DNA from: Polyangiaceae bacterium
GTDB lineage: Bacteria > Myxococcota_A > Polyangia > Polyangiales > Polyangiaceae
Direction: 5' to 3'
Assembly (NCBI GenBank): GCA_044376115.1
Contig: JBILLK010000005.1
Coordinates: 128,001-192,000 of the forward strand
Length of the DNA: 64,000 nt
In this document: piece by piece, positions 37,727-47,187 of the stretch
Numbering within the stretch: position 1 is the stretch's first letter
Layout of the letters: every line of letters starts with the position of its first letter
Notes under the pieces: model-generated
Told to the model about the DNA's origin: nothing
Seen by the model: the letters and a program-made list of their open reading frames with translations, nothing else
Databases searched by the model: none
Position numbers and translations under genes: made by a program

Positions 37727-39907
37727 ATGCCGAAACTGTTCCTGATTCTCATCATCGTGGGCGTCGCCGCGGTCGTTATCACTGGCATTCTCATCGTGCT
37801 GGCGAAGTTCTTCCGCCAGATTGATCAAGGTGCTGCGCTAATCATCAACCGACGAACTGGCACTGAGCCCGACGTCACGTTTACCGGGGCAACCGTCTGG
37901 CCAATCATCAACCGAGCCGAGACGATGGATATCTCGGTAAAGACGATCGATATCGATCGCCGCGCGAAGGAGGGTCTCATCTGTCGAGACAACATCCGAG
38001 CTGACATCAAGGTCACCTTCTTCGTGCGCGTGAACAAGGAGGCCAAAGATGTCCTCAAGGTGGCGCAGGCGATCGGCTGCGCGCGGGCAAGCGATCCGCG
38101 CGTGATCGCCGACTTGTTCAACGCAAAGTTCTCCGAAGCGCTGAAGACGGCGGGTAAGGCACTCAACTTCGAGGACCTCTACACCAAACGCCAGGGCTTC
38201 AAGGACGAGATCATTCGCGTGATCGGACCTGACCTCAACGGCTTCGTACTCGACGACTGCGCCATCGACTACCTCGAGCAAACACCGATCGAGTCGCTCG
38301 ACAAAGACAACGTGATGGACGCGGAAGGCATTCGCAAGATCACTGACCTCACCGTCATCCAGAACGTGCAGACCAACCAGCTGCGCCAGAAGGAGCGGAT
38401 GGAGATCGGCAGTCAAAACCTCGCGTCTGACGAGGCGATCTTCAACTTCGAGCAACGTCGCGCGGAAGCGGAGGTCAAGAAGAACAAGGAGATCGCGGTA
38501 GCAACAGCTCGTGAGCAGAACGATGGGCAGCGCATTGCCGAGGAAGAGGTCAAGCGCACCCTGTTGCAACGCCACAAGAACGAAGAAGAGGCGATGGTCG
38601 CCAACGAGGGCAAGGAGCGAGCTGTGCTTGTTGCCCGGCAGGCCAAAGAACGCGAAGTGGCAATCGAGATTGAGCGCGTGAAGAAGGCGCAACAGCTCGA
38701 AGCCCTGTCACGCGAGCGCGAGGTCGAGATCCAGCGCATCAACAAGGACAAAGAGGTCGAGGGAAAGAAGAAGGAGATCGCCGACATCATCCGTGGTCGC
38801 GTGGTGGTCGACAAGACCGTCGCCGAGGAAGAAGAGCGCATCAAAGATGTGCGCGTGCTAGCGGAAGCGAATCGCAACAAGGAAGCTGTTCGCATCCACG
38901 CTGAGGCGGAAGCCGCAGAGTCGCTGGTGAAGACGGTCAAGGCCGCTGAAGCCGCTGCTGACGCGGCGAAGCACTACGGGCGTGAAGCGCTGGCAAAGGC
39001 TGAGGCTGAGCTCGAGTCTGCGGACAAGATCGCCCGCGCGAAGATTCGCCTAGCTGAAGGTCACCAGGCTGAAGAAGCGGCTGAGGGTCTCGCGAAAGCA
39101 CGCGTCAAAGAGGCGGATGCAGCCGCCTTGGAGAAGGCCGGTATGGTCGAGGCCAGGGTGCGTCTCGAGAAGATGCAGGCTGAAGCGGCAGGCGAGGAGC
39201 GAATCGGTTTGGCCAAGGTGAAGGTGGCTGAAGCCGAGGCGGGAGCTACTGAAAAGAGGGGCCTTGCTGACGCCCTCGTGATCCGAGAGCGTTTGCAAGC
39301 TGAAGCCATTGGCCAGGAGCAAAAGGGGCTCGCCGTGGTTCGAGTTGAGGAGGCCGAGGCCTCGGCGATCCTCAAGAAGGGAACTGCAGAGGCCGAGTCG
39401 GCGCGGCTCAAATACAGCGCTGAAGCGCAGGGCATCGCTGAGAAGGCAGCTGCGATGAAGCACCTCGATCCGGATAGCCGGGCGCACGAAGAGTTCAGGG
39501 TCAGACTCTCCACCAGCCGAGACGTTGCGATGCACACGCTCGACACGAAGAAGCAGATCGCTGAACAGCAGGCTCAGATCATGGCGCGTGCCTTCGAGCA
39601 CGCGAAGATCCAGATCGTCGGCGGAGACGGCAAGTTCTTCGATCGGTTCGTGAATGCCATCTCGTTGGGGCAGGCCGTTGATTCGACGATTGAGCAGAGC
39701 GACACGCTGAAGAACGTCCTCGGCGACTATCTGAACCCGAACAAAGACGTCACCTTGAGCGAGGAGAGCACGCCAAAGAATGCGTCGCTCAGCGCGCTGT
39801 TGGGTAAGTTGATGGCTGGTGCTGATGGCGATGCCCGCGACAAGATTGCGAAGTTAGCGGCACGCGCCAAAGACCTCGGAATCGACGATCTCACTGCGAA
39901 CAAGTAG
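37727..39907 (+). CDS. Flotillin/YqiK-family SPFH protein
   Basis: RBS GAAGGAG before ATG 37727; N-terminal TM; band-7 domain (EGLICRDNIRADIKVTFFVRVN); long EA/AE-rich coiled coil. Confidence 0.93.
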   Translation: MPKLFLILIIVGVAAVVITGILIVLAKFFRQIDQGAALIINRRTGTEPDVTFTGATVWPIINRAETMDISVKTIDIDRRAKEGLICRDNIRADIKVTFFVRVNKEAKDVLKVAQAIGCARASDPRVIADLFNAKFSEALKTAGKALNFEDLYTKRQGFKDEIIRVIGPDLNGFVLDDCAIDYLEQTPIESLDKDNVMDAEGIRKITDLTVIQNVQTNQLRQKERMEIGSQNLASDEAIFNFEQRRAEAEVKKNKEIAVATAREQNDGQRIAEEEVKRTLLQRHKNEEEAMVANEGKERAVLVARQAKEREVAIEIERVKKAQQLEALSREREVEIQRINKDKEVEGKKKEIADIIRGRVVVDKTVAEEEERIKDVRVLAEANRNKEAVRIHAEAEAAESLVKTVKAAEAAADAAKHYGREALAKAEAELESADKIARAKIRLAEGHQAEEAAEGLAKARVKEADAAALEKAGMVEARVRLEKMQAEAAGEERIGLAKVKVAEAEAGATEKRGLADALVIRERLQAEAIGQEQKGLAVVRVEEAEASAILKKGTAEAESARLKYSAEAQGIAEKAAAMKHLDPDSRAHEEFRVRLSTSRDVAMHTLDTKKQIAEQQAQIMARAFEHAKIQIVGGDGKFFDRFVNAISLGQAVDSTIEQSDTLKNVLGDYLNPNKDVTLSEESTPKNASLSALLGKLMAGADGDARDKIAKLAARAKDLGIDDLTANK

Positions 39908-39917
39908 AGACTGACTC

Positions 39918-42900
39918 ATGGCGGATGAAGCTCCGAAAGCAGCGGTTGGCGCCGATGAAGCGGCGTCGAAAGATCTCGAGGGAGGCAGTTACGACGTAAT
40001 TCGTAAGCGCCTCTTGGTCGAGGCTGAGGAGCTCGCTCGCCGCGCCGAAGATCTGAATCAACGACGCATTAAGACGTTTGGTGGCTCCCAGCTCGCGCTG
40101 CTTGCCACCGAGCGCGTGCGTACTGAGAACAACTGCGTTCCGCGGGATATACGCAACGTCAACGGGCAGCTCGTCTTTGGCTACAACGTTTTCCTCGGTC
40201 TCAAGTCGGAGACGGTGGTCGGGGACGTGTTCTCCCTGCACAACTTCATCGAGACCGCTCCGGGGGCTTTCGATCTCTCACCCATCGAGGTCCCTGCCGA
40301 CCACTTCTTGGCGCAAGGCGCCTTCGTTCGAGAATTCGCGGACCTCTATCGCTACAACCGCGACACCAAGCTGCTCATGCTGCGCACCACCGACACGCGG
40401 GTGTTGGCGATTTTTCAAACGAGTAACCGGCTCGCCGACCAGCGCGTTTTCCGCTGGGGCATCGACAAGAGCGGTGCCATCAAGTTCATCGATGGCCGCG
40501 GCGAGGAAGACCATTTCCTTCCTAAGCAGCACGACTTCGAGTTCGTCTCGGTACGGCGCGAAGATCAGCGGTCAGGCGACTTCCCTCACTTCTCGATCCT
40601 CGACGAGGTGTTTGTCGACACGGTCGGCGGCGACCTGACCATCAAGGTCGAAAACAATACGAAGGACGGTCGAGGCGTCTATCGCGAGCCAGTCGAGGAT
40701 GCCAACCAGGTACTCGATGATGCTGAAGTCTTCTACGTGAAGCTCGGCGCGCTGATCTTGCTCAAGGTCAAGCCGTACCGCGAATCGCTCTATCGGTACT
40801 TCGTCTTCAATACCCGGACCCAGGCTGTGGTGCGCATCGACGCGATCGGGCAAGCCTGTCTACCGCTCCCAGAGGATCAGGGCATCATCTTCCCTGGCGG
40901 CTACTACCTGAGGACGGGCGACTACAAAGTCTTCGACGCTGACTCTCGCGGGATGGTGTTCCGGCGTCAGTTCAAAGCACCCAATGGTGAAGATGTGCTG
41001 TTCGTCTTCGATCGAATCGAAGACGGCGCCTACCTTCTGTTGCCGTACAACCTGATCCGGAAAGAGGTTGCGAGTCCCATTGTTTGCCACGGCTATTCGA
41101 TCTTTGACGATGGCAAGCTCGTCATTTTTCGGAGCCTTTCGGACGAACCTACCAAAGTGCATCCGATGCAGATCTGGCAGACTCCGTTCTGCACGCAGGA
41201 ACACGCGGCTGCCGCGCCAACGGATGGGTCCTATTTGGCCAAACTCGGCAACTCGGAGTTGGTGCGCGGGATCAGTGAGGCTCTGACCTTGCGGCGCATT
41301 GCCACGACGGAGTCCCCAACCCGCCAAACGTACGAGGATGTTGTCAGCTCCTGTCGTCGCATGGCCGATGCTTTTCATTGGTTGAATCATGACGAGGCGG
41401 CCAATCTCGGCGAGGTCGTTCAGAAGCTGCTCAAGACTTCGGAGCTGATCATCGACGAGTTCGAGAAGGTCACGGCGATCCGAAAGCGGAGTGCTGAGGC
41501 GCTCGAGGCTGCAGCGAAGAATCAGGAGAAGGTGATCGGCGGGATGCACATCACCGGTATGAGCTCCGTAGAGGAGTTCATGCTGGGGCTCTCCGAGCTT
41601 CGCAAGCAACGTGGGTCGCTGATCACGTTGCGCGAGATGCGCTACATGAACTTGCCGCGCGTTGACGCGCTCGAGGCTGAGGTCATCAAGGTCTACGATG
41701 AGGTCAGCAAGCTCACCGTCGAGTTTCTGCTCCAACCAACGGCTCTGGAGCCACTGGTCAATCGCCTCGTCGAGGTCATCACCCGAGTTGGCGGCGCTAA
41801 CAAAGCTGCTGAACTCAAGCCTATCGCCGAGGACGTGGAGCGCGTTGGAGAGGGCTTGACGGTGCTCTCCGACATCATCAACGGCCTTGCCATCGATGAC
41901 CCGACGCAGAGAACGCGAATCCTAGAGGGCATCAGTGAGGCTTACTCGCAACTGAACCGAGCTCGGGCCACGCTCGCCGGGCGGAAGAAGGAGCTCTCTG
42001 CTCAGGAGGGGCGAGGGGAGTTCACGGCTCAGTTCAAGTTGTTTGGCCAGAGTATCGTCAGCGCGCTCTCGCTTTGCGATACGCCTGAGAAGTGCGACGA
42101 AACGCTTTCGCGCCTGTTGCTTTCACTTGAAGAGCTCGAGGGGCGCTTTGGAGAGTTTGACGAATTTCTTGGGGACCTCGCGCAGAAGCGAGAGGAGGTA
42201 ACGGATGCCATCGCCGCCAAGCGTCAAACCCTGCTCGACGAGCGACAACGCCGCGCGCAGAACATCGTGGGCGCAGCTGAACGCATCATCTCCGGAATTC
42301 AGCGCAAGGCACGAACGCTAACCACCGCGGACGAGCTCAACACGTACTTCGCCTCGGACGCGATGGTGATGAAGCTTCGCGACCTCGCGAAGCAGTTGTT
42401 CGACATTGGCGCGAGCGTGAAGGGGGATGAGCTTGAGTCGAAGCTCAAGAGCGCACGGCAGGATGCGCTGCGCGCCCTCCGCGACAAGACGGACTTGTTT
42501 GAGGGTGGCGATAACGTCATCCGCTTCGGTACTCACCGCTTCAACGTCAACACCCAGCCCGTTGAGCTGGCGCTTATTCCGCGGCGTGACGACAGCGTTG
42601 GTGCGGACGTGCTCTACGTCCATCTCACGGGGACCGATTTTTACGAACGAATCGAGGACAAAGCGCTCGAGGACAATCGCGACTTGTGGGACCAGCAGTT
42701 GGTCAGCGAATCCGCGGAGGTCTATCGTTCAGAGTATCTCGCAGCAGCGATGCTGCTCGCGGCAGAGCTCGGCCAAGAGGGCCTATCCATCGACAAGCTC
42801 TCTGTGGCGGTGACGGGCGATAGGAACGCTGACGGTGTCAGCCCAGCCTTGCTCGAGTTGGTCCGTGGTTACTCCCAGACCCGCCACGATGAGGGCTACG

Positions 42901-45900
42901 AGCGAGGAGTTCACGACGTGGATGCCACGCTCGTGTTGATGGCACTACTCGATCTCAAGAAGGCTGGAGGGCTGTTGCGCTATTCGAGCGATGCGCGCGC
43001 GCTGGCGGCACTCCTTTGGGCGGATACGGCAGAAGCTGAGCGGGCGATCTTGCAGCGTCGCGCCCGGAGTTACGGTCAGTTGCGACTGCGGCTCGATAAC
43101 GTAAAGCCCCAGCGTGAACTGGCGATGGAGTTGTCGCCACGCTTGAGCTCCTGTGCGGACGCCCATCGGTTGCAACTATCCCAGGCGATGATTGAGGACG
43201 CGGCCGCGTACCTCGTTGAGGAGCTCGCAGCGGAGCATCCGCGTTTCATCACGAGTGAATCTGCGCAACATTTGAAGGAAGCGCTTTTTTCCGAGTTGGA
43301 CGCTTGTGGGGCTCGAAGGGACTTTGACGATGATCTCCGGGCACTCGAGAAGCACCCAGCCGAGCGGCTTGGGCTCGTGCGCAACTGGCTAGCCGCGCTT
43401 TCGGACCGTCACTCTGAGCTCGCTCCACATCGGCAGGCGGTGCTCGAAGCCGCCGTATTTGTAGCCACCGAGCGCCGAGTCGATCGCGCGCCAACGAGCG
43501 CGAGCGTAAGCGCAAGCGTGAACGGTCTCCTTGGACAACACCCTTCCGTGAAGGACCGCGCGCTCCAGCTGCGACTCGACGAATGGTTGCTGCGCATCAA
43601 TCGCTTCGTCACCGAGCGAGCGCCCAGGTTCCGCGCGTTTCGCAAGACGAAGCAGGAGATTCTGGACCGCGAGCGGAAGCGACTGCGACTCGACGAGTTC
43701 GCGCCGAAGATTCTCTCGAGCTTCGTACGAAACCAGCTGATCGATAAGGTCTATCTGCCGCTCGTGGGTGCCAACCTGGCGAAGCAGATGGGATCCGCTG
43801 GCGAGGGGAAGCGCACCGATCAGATGGGGCTCTTGTTGCTTATCTCGCCGCCTGGATATGGCAAGACGACGCTGATGGAGTATGTGGCGAATCGGCTCGG
43901 TCTCATCTTCATGAAGGTGAATGGTCCGGCCCTAGGACATCAGGTCACGTCGATCGATCCCAATGACGCCCCCAATGCCACAGCTCGCCAGGAGGTGGAC
44001 AAGGTCAACCTTGCGCTAGAGATGGGCAACAACGTGATGCTGTACGTCGATGACATCCAGCACACGAACCCCGAGTTCCTCCAGAAGTTCATCTCGTTGT
44101 GTGATGCGCAACGAAGAATAGAAGGTGTTTGGAAGGGGAAGACGCGGACTTACGACATGCGCGGAAAGAAGTTCTGCGTCGTAATGGCGGGCAACCCGTA
44201 CACCGAGAGCGGCGAGAAGTTCAAGATCCCCGACATGCTGGCGAATCGCGCCGATACCTACAATCTTGGCGACATCCTCGACGGCAAAGGGGATCTGTTT
44301 GCGCTCAGCTACCTTGAGAACGCACTCACATCCAACAAGGCACTTCAGCCGCTCTCGGGCCGGGATCCCGCGGATACAACCAAGCTGATCAAGATGGCCA
44401 AAGGTGAGAGCGTCGCCATGACCGAGCTCGCCTACCCCTACTCAGCGGCCGAAGTCTCCGAGATTGTGGAGGTACTCAAGCGGCTCTTCGTGGTTCAGGA
44501 GGTGCTGCTCAAGGTAAACCTCGAGTACATCGCTTCCGCGTCGCAGGACGACAACTTCCGTACTGAGCCGCCCTTCAAACTTCAGGGCAGTTACCGCAAC
44601 ATGAACAAGGTGACCGAGAAGATTGTCTCGGCTCACACTGACGCGGAAGTGCAAGCGGTGATCGACGATCACTACGCAGGCGAGTCGCAGACGCTCACAT
44701 CGGGTGCTGAGAACAACCTACTCAAGCTCGCCGAGTTGCGTGGTCGCCTCTCCGCAGAACGGGCTGCGCGCTGGGAGGAGATCAAGAAGGGCTTCGTCCG
44801 CGTGAAGCTTACCGGCGGGAAGCAGGACGATCCGGTAGCGCGGGTGACCGGCTCAATCGCTGGGGTCGCAGAGCAGCTCGACGGCGTGCAGAAAGGCCTC
44901 ATGGCAATGGCGGCCCGCGCTGGTGAGCCGGCCAAGCTGATCGCGGGGGAGCTCGAGCGGCTTCATCAAGAGGTGAAACTACTCGGCGCCAAGGAACTCA
45001 CCGTGGAGGTGGAGCGTGACCCGGCGATCGTTGAACTCATCGCTCAGCAGTTGAACGCGGTAGAGACCACGCTCGCGCCCATCGTCTCAGCGTTGGCTCA
45101 AAGCCTCGTTGCCGCTGGGCAGTCGGCGCAAGCGATGGGGCACGAACAGGGCGAGGCACTGAGGAACGCGCTTGCGGAGGCCTCTAGGAAGGTTGAGGAG
45201 GTGGCGAGCTTTGCTGCTGCGCAGCAAGGGCAAGTTGCAGCCGCTACGCAAGTCGCTCACCAGCTAACAGCGATGCAACGGCAATTGATTGAAGAGCAGA
45301 AGCAAGCCGCAGTCGCCGCACAACAGGTCACCGCGCAAGCGCAGGATGCGCTCGTTGCGCAGCGTGAGCTAGTGACCCACCAAACCCAAATGGCCGTGAT
45401 GCAGCGCGATATCACCGCGGCCCAGAAGCAAATGACGGATGAGCAGCGAATGCTCGCTCAACACCAACAGTCGATGACTGCGGAGCAGCGGGATCTTGCG
45501 AATCATCAGAAGCAGCTGGCCCAACATCAGCAGCAGATGGCGTCGCAGCATCAGAATCTCGTAGCGCACCAACAGCAACTCACGGCTCAGCAACGTGAAG
45601 CCGCCAATCAACAGAGCCAGCTCACTCGTGAGCAAGCGGCCCGCTTGGCGCAACAAGCGGCAAATCCCGCAGGCGCCGTGCGTCCTCCCACCGTGCCTCC
45701 CTCGGCAAGCTTGGTTCAACGGCCTGGTGCGTCGCCCGAGGAGAATGAGGCGATCGCGCGGGCGCAGCAGGCCATGCTCGTCAATCGCCAGGGCATCAGT
45801 GAAGTGCAGGGCGCTGTGCAACGGGTCGAGCACAAGCTGGGTGAACTCGTTGCTGTTGTTCGCCAGCTGCAGGAGCGAGGTGGGTCGGCTGCAGCAGCGA

Positions 45901-46238
45901 GTGGCGCCATCCTGCGCTTTGACACAGCGATCGACTTCCAAAGCGCGAGCAACTTTTATCGTTGGCGCTCCACAGGCGACGTCGTGAACGAGGGCGGGGT
46001 GTTTGTCGCGACGCGCAGGCGTGCGCCCAATCTTGGGCAAGAGGTGATTCTTCGCGTGACGCTTCCTGGTGGTGCTGAGTTGGAAGCTCGTGGGGTTGTC
46101 GAATGGGCACGCCCTGGTAGTCATGAGCCGAACGACGTCCCTGGTTTTGGGGCGCGTTTCGTTGAATTACCGTCCTATGCACGGCAGCTCGTTGATCATT
46201 TCATTCAGCGCCGACCACCGATTCTGTTCGAGCAGTAG
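39918..46238 (+). CDS. Giant AAA+ ATPase of the 'DNA repair ATPase' (DUF3686-like) family with Gln-heptad extension and C-terminal TIGR02266/PilZ-like domain
   Basis: N-terminus GGSYDVIRKRL...RTENNCVPRD; Walker A SPPGYGKT; Walker B LYVDDIQH; AGNPYTESG; LANRAD; EPPFKLQGSYRNMNK; C-terminal SNFY...EGGVFVAT...PGFGARF. Confidence 0.9.
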   Translation: MADEAPKAAVGADEAASKDLEGGSYDVIRKRLLVEAEELARRAEDLNQRRIKTFGGSQLALLATERVRTENNCVPRDIRNVNGQLVFGYNVFLGLKSETVVGDVFSLHNFIETAPGAFDLSPIEVPADHFLAQGAFVREFADLYRYNRDTKLLMLRTTDTRVLAIFQTSNRLADQRVFRWGIDKSGAIKFIDGRGEEDHFLPKQHDFEFVSVRREDQRSGDFPHFSILDEVFVDTVGGDLTIKVENNTKDGRGVYREPVEDANQVLDDAEVFYVKLGALILLKVKPYRESLYRYFVFNTRTQAVVRIDAIGQACLPLPEDQGIIFPGGYYLRTGDYKVFDADSRGMVFRRQFKAPNGEDVLFVFDRIEDGAYLLLPYNLIRKEVASPIVCHGYSIFDDGKLVIFRSLSDEPTKVHPMQIWQTPFCTQEHAAAAPTDGSYLAKLGNSELVRGISEALTLRRIATTESPTRQTYEDVVSSCRRMADAFHWLNHDEAANLGEVVQKLLKTSELIIDEFEKVTAIRKRSAEALEAAAKNQEKVIGGMHITGMSSVEEFMLGLSELRKQRGSLITLREMRYMNLPRVDALEAEVIKVYDEVSKLTVEFLLQPTALEPLVNRLVEVITRVGGANKAAELKPIAEDVERVGEGLTVLSDIINGLAIDDPTQRTRILEGISEAYSQLNRARATLAGRKKELSAQEGRGEFTAQFKLFGQSIVSALSLCDTPEKCDETLSRLLLSLEELEGRFGEFDEFLGDLAQKREEVTDAIAAKRQTLLDERQRRAQNIVGAAERIISGIQRKARTLTTADELNTYFASDAMVMKLRDLAKQLFDIGASVKGDELESKLKSARQDALRALRDKTDLFEGGDNVIRFGTHRFNVNTQPVELALIPRRDDSVGADVLYVHLTGTDFYERIEDKALEDNRDLWDQQLVSESAEVYRSEYLAAAMLLAAELGQEGLSIDKLSVAVTGDRNADGVSPALLELVRGYSQTRHDEGYERGVHDVDATLVLMALLDLKKAGGLLRYSSDARALAALLWADTAEAERAILQRRARSYGQLRLRLDNVKPQRELAMELSPRLSSCADAHRLQLSQAMIEDAAAYLVEELAAEHPRFITSESAQHLKEALFSELDACGARRDFDDDLRALEKHPAERLGLVRNWLAALSDRHSELAPHRQAVLEAAVFVATERRVDRAPTSASVSASVNGLLGQHPSVKDRALQLRLDEWLLRINRFVTERAPRFRAFRKTKQEILDRERKRLRLDEFAPKILSSFVRNQLIDKVYLPLVGANLAKQMGSAGEGKRTDQMGLLLLISPPGYGKTTLMEYVANRLGLIFMKVNGPALGHQVTSIDPNDAPNATARQEVDKVNLALEMGNNVMLYVDDIQHTNPEFLQKFISLCDAQRRIEGVWKGKTRTYDMRGKKFCVVMAGNPYTESGEKFKIPDMLANRADTYNLGDILDGKGDLFALSYLENALTSNKALQPLSGRDPADTTKLIKMAKGESVAMTELAYPYSAAEVSEIVEVLKRLFVVQEVLLKVNLEYIASASQDDNFRTEPPFKLQGSYRNMNKVTEKIVSAHTDAEVQAVIDDHYAGESQTLTSGAENNLLKLAELRGRLSAERAARWEEIKKGFVRVKLTGGKQDDPVARVTGSIAGVAEQLDGVQKGLMAMAARAGEPAKLIAGELERLHQEVKLLGAKELTVEVERDPAIVELIAQQLNAVETTLAPIVSALAQSLVAAGQSAQAMGHEQGEALRNALAEASRKVEEVASFAAAQQGQVAAATQVAHQLTAMQRQLIEEQKQAAVAAQQVTAQAQDALVAQRELVTHQTQMAVMQRDITAAQKQMTDEQRMLAQHQQSMTAEQRDLANHQKQLAQHQQQMASQHQNLVAHQQQLTAQQREAANQQSQLTREQAARLAQQAANPAGAVRPPTVPPSASLVQRPGASPEENEAIARAQQAMLVNRQGISEVQGAVQRVEHKLGELVAVVRQLQERGGSAAAASGAILRFDTAIDFQSASNFYRWRSTGDVVNEGGVFVATRRRAPNLGQEVILRVTLPGGAELEARGVVEWARPGSHEPNDVPGFGARFVELPSYARQLVDHFIQRRPPILFEQ
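45360..45635 (+). repeat. Coding heptad repeat (13 x Q-x-x-hydrophobic-x-x-x) inside the ATPase
   Basis: QRELVTH QTQMAVM QRDITAA QKQMTDE QRMLAQH QQSMTAE QRDLANH QKQLAQH QQQMASQ HQNLVAH QQQLTAQ QREAANQ QSQLTRE Q. Confidence 0.9.
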
Positions 46239-46973
46239 CTAGCGCGTTCTCGCGACGGTTGCCCGCACGGAGAACCCAAGTATGAACGCCGCCGCCACGA
46301 ATCCCCAGAAAAGGTACGGGGTGGCAGTGTTCTCTAGGCCATGAGAGAGGTTCGCCCCGAGCACCCCGCTGAGCGCTGTTACGGGCAAGAAGAGCGCGGT
46401 GATCAGGTTGAGCTTATGGCTTGATTTAGCGATGCGATCTTGCAGTTCAGCTTGCTCTTCAGCGCGCCGCGCCACGGTAAAGTCCATGCCTGCTTTGGCG
46501 TCTTGTTGGACCAGCTCCGCCGTGCGCTCGGCTTCATAGGCTGAGTCTCGAAGCGCGATCATATCCGAGTCGGTCTTGAGGAGTTCACGCGCTTCTTGCA
46601 TCACTCTGTGCGTTCCACGTACTGCGCGCAGCAGCGGAGTGACGTCTTGTAGAATCTTGAAGTAGTCCCCAGCCGTGCGAGCAGACTCGAGCGCGGCGTC
46701 CAGCCGCGTTCCTTCTTTCACGTAGCTTTCCACCAAGGACTTCAGCGCACCCAGGCCTCCTTTAGCCTCACCGCTGCTCTTCCACGTCCCGTTCGGGTGT
46801 CGCCAAAAGATCGTTGCACGCCGTTCCACCTCGTTTGCTGTCGGTGGCAGATGAAGCACCAACACCAGGTGCCCTTCATGAAACATCGAGCGCTGCTTGC
46901 CAGCCTTAACGCCAAAGCGCGCAGCCAAGATGGGGGGGAATTCTTGCCAGTGGCTAGAGATCAACTTTGACAC
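46239..46973 (-). CDS. CorA-like membrane protein (short form)
   Basis: Helical stalk followed by LNLITALFLPVTALSGVLGANL and a second TM. The CorA GMN signature appears as GAN. Confidence 0.75.
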   Translation of the reverse strand: MSKLISSHWQEFPPILAARFGVKAGKQRSMFHEGHLVLVLHLPPTANEVERRATIFWRHPNGTWKSSGEAKGGLGALKSLVESYVKEGTRLDAALESARTAGDYFKILQDVTPLLRAVRGTHRVMQEARELLKTDSDMIALRDSAYEAERTAELVQQDAKAGMDFTVARRAEEQAELQDRIAKSSHKLNLITALFLPVTALSGVLGANLSHGLENTATPYLFWGFVAAAFILGFSVRATVARTR

Positions 46974-47187
46974 TTGGGAGGCTCCTTCGGGTCGTTGGCA
47001 CCACGAGGGTCGCAGGATAAGTCGCTTTTCGAGCGTGGCGGTTAATCAAGGTCCTTGGCGTTTCAATCGTTTATTCTCTGGCCCCGTGATTCACCCTCCG
47101 CCGTGTTGTGCATCGTGTCCGGAGCTTCTAGCCGAAACGCGAAAGTGCAACCTGCTATCGCAGCCAACCCCGGACAATCGTCAGCGT

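Noticed and set aside
37825..46182. Many long minus-strand ORFs opposite the flotillin and ATPase genes
   Set aside because: These are typical antisense open frames of high-GC3 genes, with no recognisable motifs.
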